A stretch of DNA of 64,000 nucleotides from an uncultured Solirubrobacterales bacterium (lineage in GTDB: Bacteria; Actinomycetota; Thermoleophilia; Solirubrobacterales; 70-9), in contig CAWAWH010000001.1 in assembly GCA_963785775.1 (NCBI GenBank), forward strand, positions 1,233 to 65,232, given 5' to 3'. The stretch's first letter is position 1; every line of letters starts with the position of its first letter. Below, piece after piece: positions 41,743 to 51,445 of this stretch. The position numbers were made by a program, and so were the translations under genes. Under the pieces are notes generated by a model, which saw only the letters and a list, made by a program, of their open reading frames with translations, was not told the DNA's origin and searched no databases.

Positions 41743-43182
41743 ATGCGGGACTGCCGTCGCCAGCTGGCCGGTTTCTCGGCGGCGGCACTGCTCCTCCTCG
41801 CTGCCGTACCCGTCGCTGCCTCGGCCTCGACCGGGCTTGCCGCGGCGATGCCCAGCCTCGCCTCTCCCAGCCAGAAGCCCTTCATCGCGCCGAGGCCGCG
41901 GCCGACCGAAGCGCGCGGCCGGCCCACCGACAGCCCCGACCCCAACCGCAACGCCTACACCGTCCCCGAGGCGCCGCAATCGCCGGCCTGCGGCCCCCAC
42001 TTCTGCGTCCACTGGGTGGCCGAGGGGATCGACGCCCCCAGCCTCGCCGACGCCAACGGCGACGGCGTCCCGGACTTCGTCCAGCGCGTGCTCAGCGTCG
42101 CCGAACACGTGCACGCGGTCGAGAACGGCAAGCTCGGCTGGCGCGAGCCGAAGAGCGACGGCAGGAAGGGCGGGGGAGTCGGCAAGACCGACATCTACCT
42201 CTCCCAGATCGGCGGCGAGCTGTTCGGCTACGCGGCGCCCGACCGCGGCCAGGCGACCAAGCGGCACCGGACCCCGCGCCGCCTGCACGGCTATCTGGTG
42301 CTGGACAACGACTACAGCGCCTTCGAGTTCCCCGGGACCTCGCCGCTCAACGACCTCGAGGTGACCCTTGCCCACGAGTACAACCACATCCTCCAGTTCG
42401 GCTACGACGCCTTCCAGGACCCCTGGTTCGCCGAGTCGACCGCCACCTGGATGGAGGACCAGGTCTACAACGGCATCAACGACTACCTGCGCTACGTGCG
42501 GCGCTGGGTCAAGCGCTGGGACACGCCGCTGACCGCCAGCTCGATCAAGGAGTACGGCTCCGCCGTCTGGAACCAGTGGCTGGCACGCCGCTACGGCCAC
42601 TCGATCGTCCGCAGCGCCTGGGCGCGGGCGATCCACACCCGGCCGGGCGGCTTCTCGGTCGCCGCCTACGAAGCGGCGATCCGCGCCGCCGGGCACTCCG
42701 ACCTCGGCCACGACTTCGCCCGCTTCGCCGCCGACGTCGCCGAGTGGCGCACCGGCAAGGGGTTCCGCGAGAGCCGCCTCTACCCGGACATGCCGCGCCA
42801 GGGGCGGCTGCCGCTGGACGGCCAGGCGCTGCACCGGCGGCTCAACCACACCACCTTCCACCTGCTGCGGGTGCGGGCAGGGGGCGGGCGCGCCGTCGCC
42901 GTTCACACTGTGGCGCCGCGCGGGATCGCGACCGGGCTGGCGCTGGTCGGCCGTATCGGCGGCGAGCTTCAGGGCAAGACGATCACCCGGCTCGACTTCA
43001 GCCGCGGCGGCGGCAAGCTCTACGCCCGCCTCGGCGACCCGGGGCGCTTCAGTCGCGTCACCGCCGTCCTCGTCAACGCCGACGCCAGCGCCAACGGCTT
43101 CAGCGCCCGCCGCCTCGACTGGCGCTACCTGACCGACCAGATCCCGTTCCAGATCCGCGGCAACCTGATTCGCGAGCGCTGA
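41743..43182 (+). CDS. secreted putative zinc metalloprotease (HExxH)
   Basis: Signal peptide (LAGFSAAALLLLAAVPVAASAS). HExxH in TLAHEYNHILQFGYD, followed by ESTATWMED. Resembles the MXAN_6640-type putative metalloprotease family from memory. Intact, 479 aa. Confidence 0.65.
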   Translation: MRDCRRQLAGFSAAALLLLAAVPVAASASTGLAAAMPSLASPSQKPFIAPRPRPTEARGRPTDSPDPNRNAYTVPEAPQSPACGPHFCVHWVAEGIDAPSLADANGDGVPDFVQRVLSVAEHVHAVENGKLGWREPKSDGRKGGGVGKTDIYLSQIGGELFGYAAPDRGQATKRHRTPRRLHGYLVLDNDYSAFEFPGTSPLNDLEVTLAHEYNHILQFGYDAFQDPWFAESTATWMEDQVYNGINDYLRYVRRWVKRWDTPLTASSIKEYGSAVWNQWLARRYGHSIVRSAWARAIHTRPGGFSVAAYEAAIRAAGHSDLGHDFARFAADVAEWRTGKGFRESRLYPDMPRQGRLPLDGQALHRRLNHTTFHLLRVRAGGGRAVAVHTVAPRGIATGLALVGRIGGELQGKTITRLDFSRGGGKLYARLGDPGRFSRVTAVLVNADASANGFSARRLDWRYLTDQIPFQIRGNLIRER

Positions 43183-43183
43183 G

Positions 43184-44640
43184 CTAGGAGCGCGACTCGG
43201 AGGCGTGGGCGGCGCTGCCGTTGGCCGAGGCGGCGGCCTTGGGACGGGCCCTCGCCCTGGCCGGCCTCTTGCGGGGCGGTGGCGACGACCTCGGCGGTCG
43301 CCGCCTCGAGGTCGAGGGCGAAGCTGTCGAGGTCGGCCATCGCGTCGTAGTCGCCGATCAGGCCGAAGTTGACCTGGCCGTCGTAGGACATGATCCCGAC
43401 GCAGAGCGCCTGGCGGCGGGCCAGCGGCACCATCGGGAAGATCGACTCCATCTTGCGGCCGAGCACGTAGAGCGGGAACTGCGGCCCCGGCACGTTGGTG
43501 ACGACGAGGTTGAAGAAGCGCTGCGCCGGCTGCAGGCGGGCGGCCTGGGAGGCAATCGTCGAGCGGCGCGAAGTCGGTCAGTTTGGTCAGGATCTCGGCC
43601 CCGACCGCCTGGCCGGAGGACTTGAGGTCGCCCATCTCCTCGGTGAGGATCCGCAGCCGCTCGACCGGGTCCTCGCACCAGACCGGCAGCGGCGCCATCA
43701 TCGCCGAGATCCGGTTGCCGAGAGCGCCGTGCTCCTCCTCGGCGCGAACGCTGACCGGGACCATCGCCCGCATCTCCAGCCCCTCGGTGTCGTGGCCGCG
43801 GGCCCGCAGGTACTCGCCGAGGGCGCCGGCGACGATCGAGAGGATGACGTCGTTGACGGTGCCGCCGTGGGCGTCCTTGACCCGCTTCAGGTCCGCCAGG
43901 TCGGCCTGGGTGATGGCGAAGCGCCGGTGGGGGCCGATCTCGACGTTGAAGGCGCTGCTGGGCGCGGCCATGCCGGCGCCGATCATCTTCGAGGTGGCGC
44001 CGAGGCCGGACAGCACCTGGCGCGGCCCGCGCAGGGCGGCGCGGACGCCGCGGACGATCTCCTTCGGGCTGGTCAGGCGCTCGCGCACCGCGTCGCCGAG
44101 GAGTTGCAGGTCGGTCGGCTCGGGGCGCGCCAGCCAGGGTGGGGAGGAGGACGGCGGGCCCGGCGGCTCGGCGTCGAGGTCGAAGAGGACGGTGGTGATG
44201 TCGACGCCGGAGACGCCGTCGACCAGCGCGTGGTGGCTCTTGCCGACGATCGCGAAGCGCTCGTCGCGCAGGCCCTCGACCAGCCACAGCTCCCAGAGCG
44301 GCTTGCTGCGGTCGAGCTGCTGGGAGAAGATCCGCGCCGCCAGGTTGCGCAGCTGCTCCTCCGAGCCGGGGGCCGGCAGCGCGGTCTGGCGCACGTGATA
44401 GTCGAGGTTGAGGTGGGGGTCGTCGACCCAGACCGGCCGGCCCTGGTCGAGCGGGACGAAGCGCAGCTTCTGGCGGAAGCGCGGCACCAGGTGCAGGCGC
44501 GAGGCGATGTGGTCGCGGAACTCCTCGTGGGAGGGGGCGGGCCCCTCGAAGATGATCGTCGAGGCGACGTGCATGTGGGCTCCCTCGCGCTCCATGTGGA
44601 GGAAGGAGGTGTCGAGCCCGCTCAGTCTTTCCGCCGTCAC
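43184..44640 (-). pseudogene. wax ester synthase / diacylglycerol acyltransferase (WS/DGAT), at least one frameshift as sequenced
   Basis: MTAERLSGLDTSFLHME..., active site HHALVDGVSG. The break at about 43563 falls before ...TIASQAARLQPAQRFFNLVVTNVPGPQFPLYVLG...MSYDGQVNFGL. The 3' end is uncertain: 43125 in the current frame, or TAG at 43184 if one more indel is assumed. Confidence 0.85.
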
Positions 44641-44646
44641 TCGTCA

Positions 44647-44652
44647 ATCTTA
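44647..44652 (-). promoter_or_regulatory. -10 box TAAGAT, 6 nt upstream of the WS/DGAT GTG
   Basis: The plus-strand sequence is atctta. It overlaps the dinB stop codon. Confidence 0.3.
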
Positions 44653-45738
44653 GGCGGTCAGGCCGAGCTGCAGCTGCGGCTCCGTCTCCTCGCTTCCCGC
44701 GTCCGCGTCGCTCTCGAAGGAGGCGACGCGGACGCCGAGCAGGCGCACCGGCCGCCGCGGGTCGTAGGCGCGCAGCAGGTCGAGCGCGACCGGGGCGACG
44801 ACGGCGGGGTCGTTGGTCGCCTCTTCGACCGTGTGGGAGCGGCTGACGTTGGTCCAGTCGTCGAGCCGGAGCTTGATCCCGATCGTGCGTCCCTCCAGCT
44901 CGCGCTTGCGCAGGCGCCGGCAGAGCTCCGCCGCCTGCTCGGCCAGGCAGGACTCCAGCTCGGCCAGCTGCGGACGTCGACGTCGAAGGTCGTCTCGACC
45001 GATTGCGACTTGGTCTCGCGGGAGACGCTGATCGGCGTCTCGTCCCAGAGCCGGCCGCGGGCGTGCAGCCAGGCGCCCGAGCGCGGCCCGAAGGCCGATT
45101 CCAGCTCCTCGCGCTCGCCGCGCCCCGAGGTCCGCCAGGGTGCGGATCCCCATCGTCTGCAGCCGGATCGCCGTTTTCGGCCCGATCCCCGGCACCAGCC
45201 CCGGCGACTCCGCCGCGAAGCGCTCCAGAGCCTCCTCCCGCGAGAGCACGACCAGCCCGGCCGGCTTGCCCAGCTCGCTGACGATCTTGGCCAGCATCCG
45301 GCTCTCGGAGATGCCGACCGAGCAGGTGAGGCCGGTCTCCTCGCGGATCTCGGCCGCGATCCGCCGCATCGTCGCCTTCGGCGAGAAGATCCCCGTGAGG
45401 TCCAGGTAGGCCTCGTCGAGCCCGACCACCTCGACCGTCTCGACGTTGCGCCGCAGCACCTCCATCACCTGCGCCGAGGCCTCGCGGTAGGCGGGGAAGT
45501 CGGGTGTCAGGTAGACCGCGTCCGGCAGCTTGCGCCGCGCCACCGCCGCCGGCATCGCCGAGTGGATCCCGGCCAGCTTCCGCGCCTCATAGCTCGCCGT
45601 CGTCACCACCGCCCGCGGCCCCGACCCGCAGACGACCACCGGCTTCCCCTTCAGCTCCGGCCGCCGCCGCAGCTCCACCGACGCGTAGAAGGCGTCCATG
45701 TCGAGATGGGCGATCGTCCGCGTACCGGCCACATCCAT
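44650..45738 (-). pseudogene. dinB: DNA polymerase IV, two frameshifts as sequenced
   Basis: Three segments lie in alternating frames:
- IAHLDMDAFYASVE...VGLDEAYLD...SVGISESRMLAKI
- EELESAFGPRSGAWLHARGRLWDETPISVSRETKSQSVETTFDVDV
- LAELESCLAEQ...GRTIGIKLRLDDWTNVSRSHTV...VRLLGVRV

The breaks are at about 45128 and about 44972. An alternative leaderless GTG start is at 45732. Confidence 0.88.
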
Positions 45739-45739
45739 G

Positions 45740-45745
45740 ATCGTA
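45740..45745 (-). promoter_or_regulatory. -10 box TACGAT, 7 nt upstream of the alternative dinB GTG at 45732
   Basis: The plus-strand sequence is atcgta. It lies only 1 nt from ATG 45738, which favours the GTG as a leaderless start. Confidence 0.35.
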
Positions 45746-45764
45746 GGAGGGAAGAGGGACGGGA

Positions 45765-45770
45765 TAGGCT
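45765..45770 (+). promoter_or_regulatory. -10 box TAGGCT, 8 nt upstream of ATG 45779 (leaderless)
   Basis: GGATAGGCT, back-to-back with the dinB -10 box 20 nt away. Confidence 0.45.
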
Positions 45771-45778
45771 GTTTTCGG

Positions 45779-46057
45779 ATGGCATCTCCCGAGGCGAAGA
45801 ACCTGGAGGCGATCTCCAAGGCGATCGACCAGCACAACGCGAACTGCCCGTTTCCGGCGGCCGAGGTGCGGATGAACCCGTTCGAGGTCGAGCGGCTCGG
45901 CTGGGAGCAGATCCGCGGCCTGCCGGTCGTCCCCGACGGCGAGATCGGCACCGGCCGTTTCCGCATCGTCTGCTCCCGCGACCTAGAGGGCGATGGCCTC
46001 GAGGTCGTCGAGGCGGTCGGCAGAGAGCTGGAGACCGTCGCGCCGGTCAACAACTGA
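45779..46057 (+). CDS. small hypothetical protein (92 aa)
   Basis: MASPEAKNLEAISKAIDQHNANCPFPAAEVRMNPFEVERLGWEQIRGLPVVPDGEIGTGRFRIVC... The third codon positions are GC-rich, a leaderless-type -10 box precedes it and a strong hairpin follows. I recognise no family. Confidence 0.5.
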   Translation: MASPEAKNLEAISKAIDQHNANCPFPAAEVRMNPFEVERLGWEQIRGLPVVPDGEIGTGRFRIVCSRDLEGDGLEVVEAVGRELETVAPVNN

Positions 46058-46061
46058 CGAA

Positions 46062-46098
46062 GAGTGCATTGTGCGCCCATTGGGCGGGAAATGCACTC
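46062..46098. terminator. hairpin between convergent genes (candidate bidirectional terminator)
   Basis: The outer stem is gagtgcatt/aatgcactc and the inner stem is cgccca/tgggcg. Confidence 0.55.
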
Positions 46099-46105
46099 CT
46101 CGTGC

Positions 46106-46867
46106 TCAGACCGAGTTCCAGAAGTCCAATCCGAGGCTCGAAAGCCAGTTCTGGGCTTCGATGTTGAGCTGGAAGAGCTCGCCGGTCCAGATCAGGACGC
46201 CCATCGCGATCAGGATCACGCCGCCGACGGCGACGATCGCCTGGTAGTGGCGCTTGACGACGGCGAAGGCGGTGGTCATGCGGGAGAAGGCGAGGGCGGT
46301 GAGGATGAAGGGGATCGCCAGGCCGGCCGAGTAGACGGCGAGCAGGAGGGCGCCGCGGGCGGCGGAGTCCGAGAGCGAGGCGGCGGAGAGGATGGCGCCG
46401 AGGGTGGGGCCGATGCAGGGCGTCCAGGCGATCGCGAAGGCGGCGCCGGCGACGATCGGGCCGCCCTTGCCGGCGCGCTCGAGCAGGCCGTCGACGTGCC
46501 ACTCGCGGTTGAGGCGGGTGACGAAGAGCGAGCCGACGAAGAGCACGCCCATGCCGACGATCAGCGCCCCGGAGATCTTGGTCAGCAGTTCCTTGTGGTC
46601 CTGCAGGGTGGAGCCGACGGCGGTGGCGGTGAGGCCGAGGAGGATGAAGATCGCCGAGAAGCTGGCGACGAAGAGCAGGCTGGGCCCGAGCACGCGACGC
46701 CAGCCGGCGTCGTCCAGCTCCGCCGCGGAGACGCCGGTCACCGCCGAGAGGTAGCCGGGGACGAGCGGCAGCACGCACGGCGAGAGGAAGGAGACGACTC
46801 CCGCCGCGAGGGCGGCGAAGATGCCCACTCCAGCGGCAGGATCGGAGCTGAGAACGGCCGTGACCAA
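46106..46867 (-). CDS. ccdA: cytochrome c biogenesis / thiol-disulfide transporter CcdA (DsbD family)
   Basis: Motifs [15 protein letters not shown] and AWTPCIGP, with 6 or more TM helices. The start is taken at TTG 46867 on the basis of the -10 spacing (alternative GTG 46828). Confidence 0.85.
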
Positions 46868-48023
46868 GACCCCCGAGGATACCCGCGCCAAGGCGCCCGC
46901 CGGCGGCGACTCACTCTTCAACGCCTCCGGCCTGGCGACGCGGCTGCGCGCCTCGCCGCTCTTCGCCCTCGGACCGAGCGCGCCCGGGCCGGCGCTGCGG
47001 CGCGGCGCCCTGATCGCGGTGCCGATCGGGGCCTCGCTGGCGATCGAGTTCGGCTTCGACTCGCCGACCAAGGGCGCGATCGCCACCGGTGCCCTGCTCG
47101 CCGGCTTCCCCGGCCTCGACGCCCCGGCGCGGCCGCGGGCGGGCTGGCAGGCCGCCGCCGCGCCGGCGATCGGGCTCGCCGCCGCGCTCGGCGTGCTCAG
47201 CAGCCAGACGGCGATCGCCGCGGTCCTGGCGATGGGCCTGGTCGGGGCGGCGGCCGGCTACTGCTTCTCGGTCTCCCTGCGCCTGGCGATCGCCGGCCTC
47301 TCGGTCTCGCTGGCGCTGATGATCGGCCAGGGCCTGTTCCTCGCTCCCAGCGACATCTGGCCCGCCTTCCTCTACACGACGGTCGGCGGGCTCTCGCAGG
47401 CGCTCTGGTCGCTGCTCGTCTGGCTCGCGGCAGATCGCTCCGAAGAGGACCCGGCGAGCGGCTGGAGCACCGGCGCCGCCCTGGCGGCGCTGCGCTCGAA
47501 CCTGACCCTGCGCTCCAGCAGCGCCCGCCACGCGATCCGCTTCGGCGTCGCCCTCGCCGCCGGCGTCGCCCTCTACCGGATCCTCGGGATGAGGGACCAC
47601 GGCTTCTGGATCCCGCTGACGATCCTCTTCGTGATGCGCCCCGAGCGCGACGAGACCTACCACCGGTTGGCGCTGCGGGCGCTGGGGACGCTGCTGGGGC
47701 TGATCGTCGCCACCGCGATCGCCGAGGCCTTCCCCGGCAACGAGCTGGTGATCGGGGTCGTGTTGACGCTCGCGGCGGCGCTGACCTTCGGCCTGCTGAC
47801 CGTCCAGTACGCGCTCTTCACCGCCGCGATCACCACCTACGTCGTCCTCCTCACCGACACCCTCGGCGAGCCCGCCTTCCATGCCGCCGGCCAGCGTGCC
47901 CTCGGCACCGCGCTGGGGATCGTCATCGCCGCCCTCGCCTTCGTCGTCTGGCCCAATCCGGGAGAAGGGGGGAGGGAGCCCGAAACGTCGCCTCTGGCGC
48001 CGCCGGAAGCGCCGGCCCGGTAG
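46821..48023 (+). CDS. FUSC-family (aromatic acid exporter-like) integral membrane protein
   Basis: About 400 aa with many TM helices. The stretch [38 protein letters not shown] is characteristic of FUSC/YccS proteins. The start is uncertain (alternative GTG 46860). Confidence 0.65.
46876..46881 (-). promoter_or_regulatory. -10 box TATCCT, 8 nt upstream of TTG 46867
   Basis: The plus-strand sequence is aggata. Confidence 0.3.
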
Positions 48024-48085
48024 ATTCCTGGCTACGCAGCCAAACCGCGCGCACAACGGCCGCGGAAGACCTCGAGGAGCCAGAG

Positions 48086-49279
48086 TTGAGCAACCGCACG
48101 TTCGTCATCGGTGTAGGCATGACCAAGTTCGAGAAGCCCGGCACCAAGGAGGGCGACTACCCCGACTGGGCCAAGGAGGCGGGGGAGAAGGCGCTCGCCG
48201 ACGCCGGCATCCCCTACACCGACGTCGAGCAGGCCTACGCCGGCTACTGCTACGGCGACTCGACCTACGGCCAGCGGGCGCTCTACCAGCTGGGCCTGAC
48301 CGGGATCCCGGTCGTCAACGTCAACAACAACTGCTCGACCGGCTCCTCGGCGCTGTTCCTGGCCCGCCAGGCGGTCAAGGGCGGCCTCGCAGAGTGCGCC
48401 CTGGCGCTGGGCTTCGAGAAGATGGAGCCGGGCAGCCTCGGCGTCAAGTACACCGATCGCACCAACGCGCTCGACAAGCACGCGATGCGGATGTTCGAGA
48501 TCCGCGACCCCGAGCAGTCGCCGCCGGCGCCGCAGATGTTCGGCAACGCCGGCCGCGACCACATGCAGAAGTACGGCTCGACCCCTGACCACTATGCCTG
48601 GATCGGCTGGAAGAACCACAAGCACTCGGTCAACAACCCCTACGCCCAGTTCCAGGACGAGTACACCCTGGAGGACATCAAGGCGGCGAAGATGATCCAC
48701 GACCCGCTGACCAAGCTGCAGTGCTCGCCGACCTCCGACGGCTCGGCCTGCGCGATCGTCGCCTCCGAGCGCTACGTCGACGAGCACGACCTCTGGGACC
48801 GGGCAATCGAGATCGCCGGCCAGTCGATGGTCACCGACCTCTCCTCGACCTTCGCCGAGGACGCCGACTGCATGACGATCGTCGGCGCCGACATGTCGAA
48901 GCTGGCCGCCGATCGGGCCTACGAGGAGGCCCAGGTCAGCCCCGGCGAGGTCGACGTCTGCGAGCTGCACGACTGCTTCAGCGCCAACGAGCTGATCACC
49001 TACGAAGCGCTCGGGTTCGCCGCCGAGGGCGAGGCGCACAAGCTGGTCGAGGCCGAAGCCACCACCTTCGGCGGCGAGGTCGTCGTCAACCCCTCGGGCG
49101 GGCTGATCTCCAAGGGCCACCCGCTGGGCGCGACCGGCCTGGCCCAATGCTCCGAACTGACCTGGCAGCTGCGCGGCCAGGCGGAAAAGCGGCAGGTCGA
49201 GGGGGCGCAGGTCGCGCTCCAGCACAACATCGGCCTCGGCGGTGCCGCCGTGGTCACCGTCTACAAGCCGGCGAGCTAG
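48086..49279 (+). CDS. SCP-x-type thiolase / lipid-transfer protein (Ltp-like)
   Basis: TTG start after gaggag. Motifs: [57 protein letters not shown]. Confidence 0.88.
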
Positions 49280-49307
49280 GGCTCGCCGCACCAACCTGGA
49301 GGTCTCG

Positions 49308-50192
49308 ATGGCGAAGCAGCGGCGTTCACTGGGCGGCAAGGTCGTGGCGATCACGGGCGGCGCCCGTGGGATCGGCAAGGCCACCGCGACGGCACTGGTG
49401 CGCAAGGGCTGCCGCGTCGCCATCGGCGACCTCGACCTCGGCCTGGCCGAGCAGACCGCCGCCGGGCTCGGCGGCGGCACCGTGGCGCTGGGGCTGGACG
49501 TCACCGACCGCGGCTCGTTCACCAGGTTCCTGGAGGAGACCGAGCGCCAGCTCGGCCCCGTCGACGTCGTCGTCAACAACGCCGGGATCATGCCGGTGAC
49601 GGCCCTGGTCGACGAGAGCGACGACTCGATCCACCGCCAGCTCGACATCAACGTCTACGGCGTCATCGTCGGCACCCAGCTGGCGATCGAGCGGATGCGC
49701 CCGCGCGGCGGCGGCCACATCGTCAACATCGCCTCCCAGGCCGGCAAGACCGCGATCCCCGGCATCGCCACCTACTCGGGCACCAAGCACGCGGTGGTCG
49801 GCATCTGCGAGTCGGTGCGGGCGGAGCTGCGCGGCAGCGGCGTCGAAGTCCACTGCGTGATGCCGACCGTGGTCAACACCGAGCTGACCGCCGGCGTCGG
49901 CCAGAAGCTGATCAAGCCGGTCGAGGCCGAGGACGTCGCCGACGAGATAGTCGAGGCGCTCGAAGTCGGCCGCTTCGACGTCTTCGTGCCGCGCTACAAC
50001 GCGGTCATGACCCGCTTCGCCGCGCTGATGCCGCGCCGCGTCAACGAGGCGATCGCGCGGCTGATGAAGGCCGACAAGCTGATGTTCGAGGTCGACCACG
50101 CCGCCCGCCGCGCTTACGAGGAGCGGGCCGCCAAGAGCGAGCCCGGGCTCGACCGGGACGCCGAGCCGGCGGTCCAGCGCGACGCCGCCTGA
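49308..50192 (+). CDS. short-chain dehydrogenase/reductase
   Basis: SD ggaggt. Motifs: ITGGARGIG, NNAG, YSGTKHAV. Confidence 0.9.
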   Translation: MAKQRRSLGGKVVAITGGARGIGKATATALVRKGCRVAIGDLDLGLAEQTAAGLGGGTVALGLDVTDRGSFTRFLEETERQLGPVDVVVNNAGIMPVTALVDESDDSIHRQLDINVYGVIVGTQLAIERMRPRGGGHIVNIASQAGKTAIPGIATYSGTKHAVVGICESVRAELRGSGVEVHCVMPTVVNTELTAGVGQKLIKPVEAEDVADEIVEALEVGRFDVFVPRYNAVMTRFAALMPRRVNEAIARLMKADKLMFEVDHAARRAYEERAAKSEPGLDRDAEPAVQRDAA

Positions 50193-50200
50193 AGCGAGCG

Positions 50201-50857
50201 ATGGGGCGGATCTACGACGCCACCTGGGGGCGGCTGTTCGCGGCGGTCTACGACCGCGGGCTGAAGTCGACGGAGGAGGCGGGTCTGCGGGATATGCGGC
50301 GCGAGCTGCTGGCCGGGGCGGGGGGGAGGGTGCTGGAGATCGGCGCCGGGACCGGGGTCAACCTCGATCTCTATCCCGACCGGGTCGAGGACCTGGTCCT
50401 GGTCGAGCCCGACCCGCACATGTCGAAGCGGCTGCGGGAGAGGCTCGCCGGCTCGGCGCGAGCCGCCACGGTCGTCGAGGCGCCGGCGGAACGGCTGCCG
50501 TTCGCGGACTCGAGCTTCGACACCGCGGTCGCGACCCTGGTCCTCTGCACGGTTCCCGACCCGGCCGCCGCCCTGGCCGAGGTGGCGCGGGTGCTGAAGC
50601 CGGGCGGCGAGCTGCTGTTCGTCGAGCACGTCCGCGCCGGCGACCCCCGGCTCGCCCGCTGGCAGGACCGGCTGGAGAAGCCCTGGCGCTTCCTCGGCGA
50701 CGGCTGCCACTGCAACCGCGACACGGTGGCGACGATCGAGGCCTCGCCGCTGCGCCTGGAGCGCCTCGAACGCGACCGCCTGCCGAAGGCGCCGCCGATT
50801 GTCGAGCCGCTGATCCGCGGCAGCGCGATCAACTCCGCGGCAGCGTCGAGCAGTTGA
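50201..50857 (+). CDS. class I SAM-dependent methyltransferase
   Basis: Motif I VLEIGAGTG plus LKPGGELLFVEH. Confidence 0.85.
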   Translation: MGRIYDATWGRLFAAVYDRGLKSTEEAGLRDMRRELLAGAGGRVLEIGAGTGVNLDLYPDRVEDLVLVEPDPHMSKRLRERLAGSARAATVVEAPAERLPFADSSFDTAVATLVLCTVPDPAAALAEVARVLKPGGELLFVEHVRAGDPRLARWQDRLEKPWRFLGDGCHCNRDTVATIEASPLRLERLERDRLPKAPPIVEPLIRGSAINSAAASSS

Positions 50858-50881
50858 CGTCGCCCTGACCGCCTCAACTGC

Positions 50882-51433
50882 TCAACCTTGCGAGCTGCCA
50901 CCCAGCAGGCGACCGACCAGCTCGGCGGCGCTGACGCCGATGAAGGCGCCGGCAAGCACATCTGCGGGATAGTGGACCCCGGTATGGACGCGGGAATAAC
51001 CGACCAGCGTCGCCAGCGCCCGCAGCGGCGCCGAGAGCGCCGGCGCGGCGCCGCCGGCGCCCGTCGCGAAGGCGAAGGCGGAGGCGGCATGGCCGGAGGG
51101 GAAGGAGCTGGAGCGCGGCATCGGCACGTGGCGGGCGGCGAGGACCTCCAGCTCCTCGCGGTCGGGCCGGCGCCGCGTGGTCAGCGGCTTGGCGACGAGG
51201 TTGGCGAAGGCCGAGGCGACGCCGAGCGAGGCGAGGCCGCGGATGGCGGCGCGGCGCCCGCCGGGGCCGCCGGCCAGGGACAGGCAGGCCGCGGTCCCAA
51301 ACCAGAGCCTGCTGCCGTCGGCGGCGAGGGAGAGGCGCCGCATCGCCAGGTCGAGGGCCGGGGCCTCGGTGCCGGCGATCGCCGCGTAGACGGCGGCGTC
51401 GATCCGCTTCGCCTCGCTCAGCCACGCCGCCAT
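50882..51433 (-). CDS. PAP2-family lipid phosphatase
   Basis: The three PAP2 motifs are present: KPLTTRRRP, PSGH and SRVHTGVHYPADV. Confidence 0.88.
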   Translation of the reverse strand: MAAWLSEAKRIDAAVYAAIAGTEAPALDLAMRRLSLAADGSRLWFGTAACLSLAGGPGGRRAAIRGLASLGVASAFANLVAKPLTTRRRPDREELEVLAARHVPMPRSSSFPSGHAASAFAFATGAGGAAPALSAPLRALATLVGYSRVHTGVHYPADVLAGAFIGVSAAELVGRLLGGSSQG

Positions 51434-51439
51434 CGGGCG

Positions 51440-51445
51440 ATGATA
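51440..51445 (-). promoter_or_regulatory. -10 box TATCAT, 6 nt upstream of the PAP2 ATG
   Basis: The plus-strand sequence is atgata. It overlaps the start codon of the divergent kinase gene. Confidence 0.3.

Noticed and set aside
45739-45778. An SOS (LexA) box upstream of dinB.
   Set aside because: There is no TCGAAC-N4-GTTCGA-like palindrome or RecA-NDp-type motif in the 40-bp divergent promoter region.
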